Positions 51,225 to 64,000 of a DNA stretch of 64,000 nt are shown piece by piece. The translations under genes were made by a program, and so were the position numbers. Position 1 is the stretch's first letter. Each line of letters opens with the position of its first letter. The DNA comes from Balanoglossus misakiensis (taxonomy: Eukaryota > Animalia > Hemichordata): contig CM082576.2 of assembly GCA_040954595.2 (NCBI GenBank), positions 10,605,129-10,669,128 on the forward strand. The letters are read 5' to 3'. A model generated the notes under the pieces. The model had not been told where the DNA came from and searched no databases. It worked only from the letters and a program-made list of their open reading frames with translations.

Positions 51225-52284
51225 TAGGAGTGTGTGTGATTAGTGGTGGAGTCTGCGGGTGATCTCCATTGGAGAGGATTGCAACCTCCTATCTGGGAAT
51301 AGATTCCTCAAGGTGCTGTGAAATTGCGTAGTACTTTATGTGAATGGCCACAGCAGAGGGGAAGCTACTAGTATGTACAGAAATAGCTCAGTGTATTCAT
51401 TCATTCATTCATTCACCCAGTCCTTCCCCATGTTGGTGTATATACCATGCCGGCTTTTTCGGAGCGCGGTAACGTGAGGAGATAAAATTGAGGATGAAAA
51501 AAATTATGTACACATGTACACATGTAATTGCAAGGATTACGTTTAAGCATTTCTTCACTGCAGAACTCATCAGTGCATACCAAGTGGTACTTAGCACAAA
51601 CACTGTCTATTTACATCATACTACCTGAGCAAGCATGTAAGGTTTTATGTACATGTACAATACATGTATATACATGGGCCATGGTTAGCCAGAATTCCAT
51701 TCTGTAAACCATTCAGTAAAATGACAAATCATGATAAAATTAATACTCATGTAATCTGACCTTAAACTCTGTGTGAGAATTGAAATTCCTGTACAGTTTT
51801 AAATGATTAAATGTCAGTGTTTTTTTCTGATGAAAATAGTGTTCACTCTTCAAATAATGGGGAGTGAGTGTGGACAAATAAAACAAATACAAAGCAGTAT
51901 CTTGTTTCGCTGTCTTTTGTGTTCAGATTTTACAGGGAATCGGTGTGCAGAGTTTAATGTGTTGGTGCATATGATCTGCACAAGATAGTTTAAAATTCAG
52001 AGTCACTTATAAGACAAGCACAAACAAAAGTTGCCATGGTTACCTGGTGCGAATAAGGAGACCCACTGAAGACAAATGATAACCTGTGCAAAGAGAACAT
52101 TTTAACATGTAGATTACTTTTAGTGAAGATTTTTTGAAAAAAAATGCAGAATTTCAGATGAGGATGAAGCCAAAATGATTATCACGTGGTTGACCTTGGC
52201 CACAGTATTATGGAATCTATAAGTCTTTCAGTAAGATAACAGAGGCCTGTCAGAAAGACCCTTCCCTTATTCATTCACGGCCAC

Positions 52285-52457
52285 TCAACACAGTGTAGTG
52301 TGACTGTGATTCCTTGTAATCAATTCTGGCCAACTGGTTGAATTCAGAACGACTTGCAGGCACACGCCAGCAATTTTTTCGACGCACGGAAGCTGACGAG
52401 GATCGGTGCTGGTCACCTGCCTGATCAGCAGAACATCATTGATGAGGTAGGAGTGAA
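52285..52457 (-). other. Possible terminal coding exon fragment of an unidentified convergent gene, cut off by the satellite
   Basis: Open frame HSYLINDVLLIRQVTSTDPRQLPCVEKIAGVCLQVVLNSTSWPELITRNHSHTTLC* with GC-richer, exon-like codons. It runs directly into the satellite with no splice acceptor before it. Confidence 0.4.
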
Positions 52458-53096
52458 TTGTCAAAATATGACGATGTCCCGACTTTTGTAACTTTGGTGA
52501 TTTTGTCATTTTTGAACATTTTTCATGGGTTATAGCTCATGAAGTTGTCAAAATATGACGTTTTCCCGACTTTGCGAACTTTGGTGATTTTGTCATTTTT
52601 GAACATTTTTCATGGGTTATAGCTCATGAAGTTGTCAAAATATGACGATTTCCCGACTTTGCGAACTTTGGTGATTTTGCCATTTTAGAACATTTTTCAT
52701 GGGATATAGCTCATGAAGTTGTCAAAATATGACGATTTCCCGACTTTGCGAACTTTGGTGATTTTGTCATTCTTGAACATTTTTCATGGGTTATAGCTCA
52801 TGAAATTGTCCAAATATGACGATTTCCCGACTTTTCTAACTTTGGTGATTTTGTCATTTTTGAACATTTTTCATGGGTTATAGCTCATGAAATTGTCCAA
52901 ATATGACGATTTCCCGACTTTTCTAACTTTGGTGATTTTGTCATTTTTGTGGGTTATAGATCATGAAAATTGTCAAAATATGACGATTTCCCGACTTTTC
53001 TAACTTTGGTGATTTTGTCATTTTTGATCATTTTTCATGGGTTATAGTTCATGAAAATTGTCAAAATATGACGATTTCACGACTTTTCTAACTTTC
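52458..53096 (-). repeat. Satellite subfamily A, about 87-bp unit, about 7 copies, inverted relative to the main array
   Basis: Unit TTGTCAAAATATGACGATTTCCCGACTTTGCGAACTTTGGTGATTTTGTCATTTTTGAACATTTTTCATGGGTTATAGCTCATGAAG starts at 52458, 52545 and 52632. Confidence 0.95.
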
Positions 53097-56000
53097 TTGA
53101 TGATTTTCATGAGCTATAACCCATGATTTTTGTCAAAAATGGGCCAAATTTTGAGATTTTGCAAGGTCGAAAAATTGTCATTTTTTGATGATTTTCATGA
53201 GCTATAACCCATGATTTTTGTCAAAAATGGGCCAAATTTTGAGATTTTGCAAGGTCGAAAAATTGTCATTTTTTGATGATTTTGTCATTTTTTGATGATT
53301 TTCATGAGCTATAACCCATGATTATTGTCAAAAATGGGCCAAATTTTGAGATTTCGCAAGGTCGAAAAATTGTCATTTTTTGATGATTTTCATGAGCTAT
53401 AACCCATGATTGTTGTCAAAAATGGGCCAAATTTTGAGATTTCGCAAGGTCGAAAAATTGTCATTTTTTGATGATTTTCATGAGCTATAACCCATGATTT
53501 TTGTCAAAAATGGGCCAAATTTTGAGATTTCGCCAGGTCGAAAAATTGTCATTTTTTGATGATTTTCATGAGCTATAACCCATGATTTTTGTCAAAAATG
53601 GGCCAAATTTTGAGATTTCGCCAGGTCGAAAAATTGTCATTTTTGGATGATTTTCATGAGCTATAACCCATGATTTTTGTCAAAAATGGGCCAAATTTTG
53701 AGATTTCGCAAGGTCGAAAAATTGTCATTTTTTGATGATTTTCATGAGCTATAACCCATGATTTTTGTCAAAAATGGGCCAAATTTTGAGATTTCGCAAG
53801 GTCGAAAAATTGTCATTTTTTGATGATTTTCATGAGCTATAACCCATGATTTTTGTCAAAAATGGGCCAAATTTTGAGATTTCGCAAGGTCAAAAAATTG
53901 TCATTTTTTGATGATTTTCATGAGCTATAACCCATGATTTTTATCAAAAATGGGCCAAATTTTGAGATTCCTCAAGGTCGAAAAATTTTCATTTTTTGAT
54001 GATTTTCATGAGCTATAACCCATGATTTTTGTCAAAAATGGGCCAAATTTTGAGATTTCGCAAGGTCGAAAAATTGTCATTTTTGATGATTTTCATGAGC
54101 TATAACCCATGATTTTTGTCAAAAATGGGCCAAATTTTGAGATTTCGCCAGGTCGAAAAATTGTCATTTTTTTGATGATTTTCATGAGCTATAACCCATG
54201 ATTTTTGTCAAAAATGGGCCAAATTTTGAGATTTCGCCAGGTCGAAAAATTGTCATTTTTTGATGATTTTCATGAGCTATAACCCATGATTTTTGTCAAA
54301 AATGGGCCAAATTTTGAGATTCCTCAAGGTCTAAAAATTTTCATTTTTTGATGATTTTCATGAGCTATAACCCATGATTTTTGTCAAAAATGGGCCAAAT
54401 TTTGAGATTTCGCCAGGTCGAAAAATTGTCATTTTTGATGATTTTCATGAGCTATAACCCATGATTTTTGTCAAAAATGGGCCAATTTTTGAGATTTCGC
54501 CAGGTCGAAAAATTGTCATTTTTGATGATTTTCATGAGCTATAACCCATGATTTTTGTCAAAAATGGGCCAAATTTTGAGATTTCGCAAGGTCGAAAAAT
54601 TGTCATTTTTTGATGATTTTCATGAGCTATAACCCATGATTTTTGTCAAAAATGGGCCAAATTTTGAGATTTCGCAAGGTCGAAAAATTGTCATTTTTTG
54701 ATGATTTTCATGAGCTATAACCCATGATTTTTGTCAAAAATGGGCCAAATTTTGAGATTTCGCCAGGTCTAAAAATTTTCATTTTTTGATGATTTTCATG
54801 AGCTATAACCCATGATTTTTGTCAAAAATGGGCCAAATTTTGAGATTCCTCAAGGTCTAAAAATTGTCATTTTTTGATGATTTTCATGAGCTATAACCCA
54901 TGATTTTTGTCAAAAATGGGCCAAATTTTGAGATTTCGCCAGGTCGAAAAATTGTAATTTTTGATGATTTTCATGAGCTATAACCCATGATTTTTGTCAA
55001 AAATGGGCCAAATTTTGAGATTTCGCAAGGTCGAAAAATTGTCATTTTTTGCTATAACCCATGATTTTTGTCAAAAATGGGCCAAATTTTGAGATTTCGC
55101 AAGGTCGAAAAATTGTCATTTTTTGATGATTTTCATGAGCTATAACCCATGATTTTTGTCAAAAATGGGCCAAATTTTGAGATTTCGCAAGGTCAAAAAT
55201 TGTCATTTTTTGATGATTTTCATGAGCTATAACCCATGATTTTTGTCAAAAATGGGCCAAATTTTGAGATTTCGCAAGGTCGAAAAATTGTCATTTTTTG
55301 ATGATTTTCATGAGCTATAACCCATGATTTTTGTCAAAAATGGGCCAAATTTTGAGATTTCGCAAGGTCGAAAAATTGTCATTTTTTGATGATTTTCATG
55401 AGCTATAACCCATGATTTTTGTCAAAAATGGGCCAAATTTTGAGATTTCGCAAGGTCGAAAAATTGTCATTTTTTGATGATTTTCATGAGCTATAACCCA
55501 TGATTTTTGTCAAAAATGGGCCAAATTTTGAGATTCCTCAAGGTCTAAAAATTTTCATTTTTTGATGATTTTCATGAGCTATAACCCATGATTTTTGTCA
55601 AAAATGGGCCAAATTTTGAGATTCCTCAAGGTCTAAAAATTTTCATTTTTTGATGATTTTCATGAGCTATAACCCATGATTTTTGTCAAAAATGGGCCAA
55701 ATTTTGAGATTTCGCCAGGTCGAAAAATTGTCATTTTTTGATGATTTTCATGAGCTATAACCCATGATTTTTGTCAAAAATGGGCCAAATTTTGAGATTT
55801 CGCAAGGTCAAAAATTGTCATTTTTTGATGATTTTCATGAGCTATAACCCATGATTTTTGTGAAAAATGGGCCAAATTTTGAGATTTCGCAAGGTCGAAA
55901 AATTGTCATTTTTTGATGATTTTCATGAGCTATAACCCATGATTTTTGTCAAAAATGGGCCAAATTTTGAGATTTCGCAAGGTCGAAAAATTGTCATTTT

Positions 56001-59000
56001 TTGATGATTTTCATGAGCTATAACCCATGATTTTTGTCAAAAATGGGCCAAATTTTGAGATTCCTCAAGGTCTAAAAATTTTCATTTTTTGATGATTTTC
56101 ATGAGCTATAACCCATGATTTTTGTCAAAAATGGGCCAAATTTTGAGATTCCTCAAGGTCTAAAAATTTTCATTTTTTGATGATTTTCATGAGCTATAAC
56201 CCATGATTTTTGTCAAAAATGGGCCAAATTTTGAGATTTCGCCAGGTCGAAAAATTGTCATTTTTGATGATTTTCATGAGCTATAACCCATGATTTTTGT
56301 CAAAAATGGGCCAAATTTTGAGATTTCGCAAGGTCGAAAAATTGTCATTTTTTGCTATAACCCATGATTTTTGTCAAAAATGGGCCAAATTTTGAGATTT
56401 CGCAAGGTCGAAAAATTGTCATTTTTTGATGATTTTCATGAGCTATAACCCATGATTTTTGTCAAAAATGGGCCAAATTTTGAGATTTCGCAAGGTCAAA
56501 AATTGTCATTTTTTGATGATTTTCATGAGCTATAACCCATGATTTTTGTCAAAAATGGGCCAAATTTTGAGATTTCGCAAGGTCGAAAAATTGTCATTTT
56601 TTGATGATTTTCATGAGCTATAACCCATGATTTTTGTCAAAAATGGGCCAAATTTTGAGATTTCGCAAGGTCGAAAAATTGTCATTTTTTGATGATTTTC
56701 ATGAGCTATAACCCATGATTTTTGTCAAAAATGGGCCAAATTTTGAGATTCCTCAAGGTCTAAAAATATTCATTTTTTGATGATTTTCATGAGCTATAAC
56801 CCATGATTTTTGTCAAAAATGGGCCAAATTTTGAGATTTCACCAGGTCGAAAAATTGTCATTTTTGATGATTTTCATGAGCTATAACCCATGATTTTTGT
56901 CAAAAATGGGCCAAATTTTGAGATTCCTCAAGGTCTAAAAATTTTCATTTTTTGATGATTTTCATGAGCTATAACCCATGATTTTTGTCAAAAATGGGCC
57001 AAATTTTGAGATTTCGCCAGGTCGAAAAATTGTCATTTTTGATGATTTTCATGAGCTATAACCCATGATTTTTGTCAAAAATGGGCCAAATTTTGAGATT
57101 TCGCAAGGTCGAAAAATTGTCATTTTTGATGATTTTTATGAGCTATAACCCATGATTTTTGTCAAAAATGGGCCAAATTTTGAGATTTCGCAAGGTCGAA
57201 AAATTGTCATTTTTTGATGATTTTCATGAGCTATAACCCATGATTTTTGTCAAAAATGGGCCAAATTTTGAGATTTCGCAAGGTCGAAAAATTGTCATTT
57301 TAAGATGATTTTCATGAGCTATAACCCATGATTTTTGTCAAAAATGGGCCAAATTTTGAGATTTCGCAAGGTCGAAAAATTGTCATTTTTTGATGATTTT
57401 CATGAGCAATAACCCATGATTTTTGTCAAAAATGGGCCAAATTTTGAGATTTCGCAAGGTCGAAAAATTGTCATTTTTTGATTATTTTCATGAGCTATAA
57501 CCCACGATTTTTGTCAAAAATGGGCCAAATTTTGAGATTTCGCAAGGTCGAAAAATTGTCATTTTTTGATGATTTTCATGAGCTATAACCCATGATTTTT
57601 GTCAAAAATGGGCCAAATTTTGAGATTTTGCCAGGTCGAAAAATTGTCATTTTTTGATGATTTTCATGAGCTATAACCCATGATTTTTGTCAAAAATGGG
57701 CCAAATTTTGAGATTTCGCCAGGTCGAAAAATTGTCATTTTTTGATGATTTTCATGAGCTATAACCCATGATTTTTGTCAAAAATGGGCCAAATTTTGAG
57801 ATTTCGCCAATTCGAAAAATTGTCATTTTTTGATGATTTTCATGAGCTATAACCCATGATTTTTGTCAAAAATGGGCCAAATTTTGAGATTTCGCAAGGT
57901 CGAAAAATTGTCATTTTTTGATGATTTTCATGAGCTATAACCCATGATTTTTGTCAAAAATGGGCCAAATTTTGAGATTTCGCAAGGTCGAAAAATTGTC
58001 ATTTTTTGATGATTTTCATGCGCTATAACCCATGATTTTTGTCAAAAATGGGCCAAATTTTGAGATTTCGCAAGGTCGAAAAATTGTCATTTTTTGATGA
58101 TTTTCATGAGCTATAACCCATGATTTTTGTCAAAAATGGGCCAAATTTTGAGATTCCTCAAGGTCTAAAAATTTACATTTTTTGATGATTTTCATGAGCT
58201 ATAACCCATGATTTTTGTCAAAAATGGGCCAAATTTTGAGATTTCGCCAGGTCGAAAAATTGTCATTTTTGATGATTTTCATGAGCTATAACCCATGATT
58301 TTTGTCAAAAATGGGCCAAATTTTGAGATTTCGCAATGTCGAAAAATTGTCATTTTTAGATGATTTTCATGAGCTATAACCCATGATTTTTGTCAAAAAT
58401 GGGCCAAATTTTGAGATTTCGCCAGGTCGAAAAATTGTCATTTTTGATGATTTTCATGAGCTATAACCCATGATTTTTGTCAAAAATGGGCCAATTTTTG
58501 AGATTTCGCCAGGTCGAAAAATTGTCATTTTTGATGATTTTCATGAGCTATAACCCATGATTTTTGTCAAAAATGGGCCAAATTTTAAGATTTCGCAAGG
58601 TCGAAAAATTGTCATTTTTTGATGATTTTCATGAGCTATAACCCATGATTTTTGTCAAAAATGTGCCAAATTTTGAGATTTCGCAAGGTCGAAAAATTGT
58701 CATTTTTTGATGATTTTCATGAGCTATAACCCATGATTTTTGTCAAAAATGTGCCAAATTTTGAGATTTCGCCAGGTCGAAAAATTGTCATTTTTTGATG
58801 ATTTTCATGAGCTATAACCCATGATTTTTGTCAAAAATGGGCCAAATTTTGAGATTTCGCAAGGTCGAAAAATTTTCATTTTTTGATGATTTTCATGAGC
58901 TATAACCCATGATTTTTGTCAAAAATGGGCCAAATTTTGAGATTTCGCCAGGTCGAAAAATTGTCATTTTTTGATGATTTTCATGAGCTATAACCCATGA

Positions 59001-62000
59001 TTTTTGTCAAAAATGGGCCAAATTTTGAGATTTCGCCAGGTCGAAAAATTGTCATTTTTTGATGATTTTCATGAGCTATAACCCATGATTTTTGTCAAAA
59101 ATGGGCCAAATTTTGAGATATCGCCAGGTCGAAAAATTGTCATTTTTTGATGATTTTCATGAGCTATAACCCATGATTTTTTGTCAAAAATGGGCCAAAT
59201 TTTGAGATTTCGCCAGGTCGAAAAATTGTCATTTTTTGATGATTTTCATGAGCTATAACCCATGATTTTTGTCAAAAATGGGCCAAATTTTGAGATTCCG
59301 CCAGGTCGAAAAATTGTCATTTTTTGATGATTTTCATGAGCTATAACCCATGATTTTTGTCAAAAATGGGCCAAATTTTGAGATTTCGCCAGGTCGAAAA
59401 ATTGTCATTTTTGATGATTTTCATGAGCTATAACCCATGATTTTTGTCAAAAATGTGCTAAATTTTGAGATTTCGCCAGGTCGAAAAATTGTCATTTTTT
59501 GATGATTTTCATGAGCTATAACCCATGATTTTTGTCAAAAATGGGCCAAATTTTGAGATTTCGCCAGGTCGAAAAATTGTCATTTTTTGATGATTTTCAT
59601 GAGCTATAACCCATGATTTTTGTCAAAAATGGGCCAAATTTTGAGATTTCGCCAGGTCGAAAAATTGTCATTTTTTGATGATTTTCTTGAGCTATAACCC
59701 ATGATTTTTGTCAAAAATGGGCCAAATTTTGAGATTTCGCCAGGTCGAAAAATTGTCATTTTTTGATGATTTTCATGAGCTATAACCCATGATTTTTGTC
59801 AAAAATGGGCCAAATTTTGAGATTTCGCAAGGTCGAAAAATTGTCATTTTTTGATGATTTTCATGAGCTATAACCCATGATTTTTGTCAAAAATGGGCCA
59901 AATTTTGAGATTTCGCAAGGTCGAAAAATTGTCATTTTTTGATGATTTTCATGAGCTATAACCCATGATTTTTGTCAAAAATGGGCCAAATTTTGAGATT
60001 TCGCCAGGTCGAAAAATTGTCATTTTTTGATGATTTTCATGAGCTATAACCCATGATTTTTTGTCAAAAATGGGCCAAATTTTGAGATTTCGCCACGTCG
60101 AAAAATTGTCATTTTTTGATGATTTTCATGAGCTATAACCCATGATTTTTGTCAAAAATGGGCCAAATTTTGAGATTCCGCCAGGTCGAAAAATTGTCAT
60201 TTTTTGATGATTTTCATGAGCTATAACCCATGATTTTTGTCAAAAATGGGCCAAATTTTGAGATTTCGCCAGGTCGAAAAATTGTCATTTTTGATGATTT
60301 TCATGAGCTATAACCCATGATTTTTGTCAAAAATGTGCCAAATTTTGAGATTTCGCCAGGTCGAAAAATTGTCATTTTTTGATGATTTTCATGAGCTATA
60401 ACCCATGATTTTTGTCAAAAATGGGCCAAATTTTGAGATTTCGCCAGGTCGAAAAATTGTCATTTTTGATGATTTTCATGAGCTTTAACCCATGATTTTT
60501 GTCAAAAATGTGCCAAATTTTGAGATTTCGCCAGGTCGAAAAATTGTCATTTTTTGATGATTTTCATGAGCTATAACCCATGATTTTTGTCAAAAATGGG
60601 CCAAATTTTGAGATTTCGCCAGGTCGAAAAATTGTCATTTTTTGATGATTTTCATGAGCTATAACCCATGATTTTTGTCAAAAATGGGCCAAATTTTGAG
60701 ATTCCTCAAGGTCGAAAAATTGTCATTTTTTGATGATTTTCATGAGCTATAACCCATGATTTTTGTCAAAAATGGGCCAAATTTTGAGATTTCGCCAGGT
60801 CGAAAAATTGTCATTTTTTGATGATTTTCATGAGCTATAACCCATGATTTTTGTCAAAAATGGGCCAAATTTTGAGATTTCGCCAATTCGAAAAATTGTC
60901 ATTTTTTGATGATTTTCATGAGCTATAACCCATGATTTTTGTCAAAAATGGGCCAAATTTTGAGATTCCTCAAGGTCGAAAAATTTTCATTTTTTGATGA
61001 TTTTCATGAGCTATAACCCATGATTTTTGTCAAAAAAGGGCCAAATTTCGAGATTTCGCAAGGTCGAAAAATTGTCATTTTTTGATGATTTTCATGAGCT
61101 ATAACCCATGATTTTTGTCAAAAATGGGCCAAATTTTGAGATTTCGCCAGGTCGAAAAATTGTCATTTTTTGATGATTTTCATGAGCTATAACCCATGAT
61201 TTTTGTCAAAAATGGGCCAAATTTTGAGATTTCGCCAGGTCAAAAAATTGTCATTTTTGGATGATTTTCATGAGCTATAACCCATGATTTTTGTCAAAAA
61301 TGGGCCAAATTTTGAGATTTCGCCAGGTCGAAAAATTGTCATTTTTTGATGATTTTCTTGAGCTATAACCCATGATTTTTGTCAAAAATGGGCCAAATTT
61401 TGAGATTTCGCCAGGTCGAAAAATTGTCATTTTTTGATGATTTTCATGAGCTATAACCCATGATTTTTGTCAAAAATGGGCCAAATTTTGAGATTTCGCA
61501 AGGTCGAAAAATTGTCATTTTTTGATGATTTTCATGAGCTATAACCCATGATTTTTGTCAAAAATGGGCCAAATTTTGAGATTTCGCAAGGTCGAAAAAT
61601 TGTCATTTTTTGATGATTTTCATGAGCTATAACCCATGATTTTTGTCAAAAATGGGCCAAATTTTGAGATTTCGCCAGGTCGAAAAATTGTCATTTTTTG
61701 ATGATTTTCATGAGCTATAACCCATGATTTTTTGTCAAAAATGGGCCAAATTTTGAGATTTCGCCACGTCGAAAAATTGTCATTTTTTGATGATTTTCAT
61801 GAGCTATAACCCATGATTTTTGTCAAAAATGGGCCAAATTTTGAGATTCCGCCAGGTCGAAAAATTGTCATTTTTTGATGATTTTCATGAGCTATAACCC
61901 ATGATTTTTGTCAAAAATGGGCCAAATTTTGAGATTTCGCCAGGTCGAAAAATTGTCATTTTTGATGATTTTCATGAGCTATAACCCATGATTTTTGTCA

Positions 62001-64000
62001 AAAATGTGCCAAATTTTGAGATTTCGCCAGGTCGAAAAATTGTCATTTTTTGATGATTTTCATGAGCTATAACCCATGATTTTTGTCAAAAATGGGCCAA
62101 ATTTTGAGATTTCGCCAGGTCGAAAAATTGTCATTTTTGATGATTTTCATGAGCTTTAACCCATGATTTTTGTCAAAAATGTGCCAAATTTTCAGATTTC
62201 GCCAGGTCGAAAAATTGTCATTTTTTGATGATTTTCATGAGCTATAACCCATGATTTTTGTCAAAAATGGGCCAAATTTTGAGATTTCGCCAGGTCGAAA
62301 AATTGTCATTTTTTGATGATTTTCATGAGCTATAACCCATGATTTTTGTCAAAAATGGGCCAAATTTTGAGATTCCTCAAGGTCGAAAAATTGTCATTTT
62401 TTGATGATTTTCATGAGCTATAACCCATGATTTTTGTCAAAAATGGGCCAAATTTTGAGATTTCGCCAGGTCGAAAAATTGTCATTTTTTGATGATTTTC
62501 ATGAGCTATAACCCATGATTTTTGTCAAAAATGGGCCAAATTTTGAGATTTCGCCAATTCGAAAAATTGTCATTTTTTGATGATTTTCATGAGCTATAAC
62601 CCATGATTTTTGTCAAAAATGGGCCAAATTTTGAGATTCCTCAAGGTCGAAAAATTTTCATTTTTTGATGATTTTCATGAGCTATAACCCATGATTTTTG
62701 TCAAAAAAGGGCCAAATTTCGAGATTTCGCAAGGTCGAAAAATTGTCATTTTTTGATGATTTTCATGAGCTATAACCCATGATTTTTGTCAAAAATGGGC
62801 CAAATTTTGAGATTTCGCCAGGTCGAAAAATTGTCATTTTTTGATGATTTTCATGAGCTATAACCCATGATTTTTGTCAAAAATGGGCCAAATTTTGAGA
62901 TTTCGCCAGGTCAAAAAATTGTCATTTTTGGATGATTTTCATGAGCTATAACCCATGATTTTTGTCAAAAATGGGCCAAATTTTGAGATTCCTCAAGGTC
63001 GAAAAATTGTCATTTTTTGATGATTTTCATGAGCTATAACCCATGATTTTTGTCAAAAATGGGCCAAATTTTGAGATTTCGCCAGGTCGAAAAATTGTCA
63101 TTTTTTGATGATTTTCATGAGCTATAACCCATGATTTTTGTCAAAAATGGGCCAAATTTTGAGATTTCGCAATGTCGAAAAATTGTCATTTTTTGATTAT
63201 TTTCATGAGCTATAACCCATGATTTTTGTCAAAAATGGGCCAAATTTTGAGATTTCGCCAGGTCGAAAAATTGTCATTTTTTGATGATTTTCATGAGCTA
63301 TAACCCATGATTTTTGTCAAAAATGGGCCAAATCTTGAGATTTCGCCAGGTCGAAAAATTGTCATTTTTTGATGATTTTCATGAGCTATAACCCATGTTT
63401 TTTGTCAAAAATGGGCCAAATTTTGAGATTTCGCCAGGTCGAAAAATTGTCATTTTCTGATGATTTTCATGAGCTATAACCCATGTTTTTTGTCAAAAAT
63501 GGGCCAAATTTTGAGATTTCGCAAGGTCGAAAAATTGTCATTTTTTGATGATTTTCATGAGCTATAACCCATGATTTTTGTCAAAAATGGGCCAAATTTT
63601 GAGATTTCGCCAATTCGAAAAATTGTCATTTTTTGATGATTTTCATGAGCTATAACCCATGATTTTTGTCAAAAATGGGCCAAATTTTGAGATTCCTCAA
63701 GGTCGAAAAATTTTCATTTTTTGATGATTTTCATGAGCTATAACCCATGATTTTTGTCAAAAAAGGGCCAAATTTCGAGATTTCGCAAGGTCGAAAAATT
63801 GTCATTTTTTGATGATTTTCATGAGCTATAACCCATGATTTTTGTCAAAAATGGGCCAAATTTTGAGATTTCGCCAGGTCGAAAAATTGTCATTTTTTGA
63901 TGATTTTCATGAGCTATAACCCATGATTTTTGTCAAAAATGGGCCAAATTTTGAGATTTCGCCAGGTCAAAAAATTGTCATTTTTGGATGATTTTCATGA
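53097..64000 (+). repeat. Satellite subfamily B, 88-bp unit, about 124 copies, runs off the window end
   Basis: Unit GATGATTTTCATGAGCTATAACCCATGATTTTTGTCAAAAATGGGCCAAATTTTGAGATTTCGC(A/C)AGGTCGAAAAATTGTCATTTTTT, e.g. starts at 59941 and 60029. Confidence 0.98.

Noticed and set aside
52458-64000. CRISPR-like array
   Set aside because: Contiguous tandem monomers with no unique spacers, no cas genes, eukaryotic context.

Overview
Eukaryotic (animal) genomic DNA with GT-AG spliceosomal introns. The intron-rich, vertebrate-like gene structures suggest an invertebrate deuterostome; this is inference only. Layout: (1) about 10.8 kb without a credible coding region (1-10800). (2) A 4-exon NPC2/ML-domain gene (+, 10933-12820, 151 aa). 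(3) Two tandem secreted C-type lectin paralogs (-, 13957-15700 and 18333-21670). They share exon sizes of 361/74/32 nt and an unusual C-terminal VCxPxCVxC tail, but have opposite-charge N-terminal segments, one ending in a GKR amidation/cleavage-like site. (4) A single-ORF class A GPCR with melatonin-receptor-like NRY/NSxxF motifs (+, 25074-26315). (5) A complete ANAPC1 gene of about 47 coding exons (+, 31554-51224), whose introns carry MITEs and a nested pair of non-autonomous DNA transposons. (6) A probable terminal coding exon of a convergent gene cut off by (7) a satellite array (52458-64000): about 7 diverged 87-bp units joined in inverted orientation to about 124 88-bp units with 19-mer and 15-mer higher-order duplications. 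Most ORFs in the supplied track are spurious or partial exons. I found no prokaryotic-type system. The best leads are the lectin pair and the gene/satellite junction.
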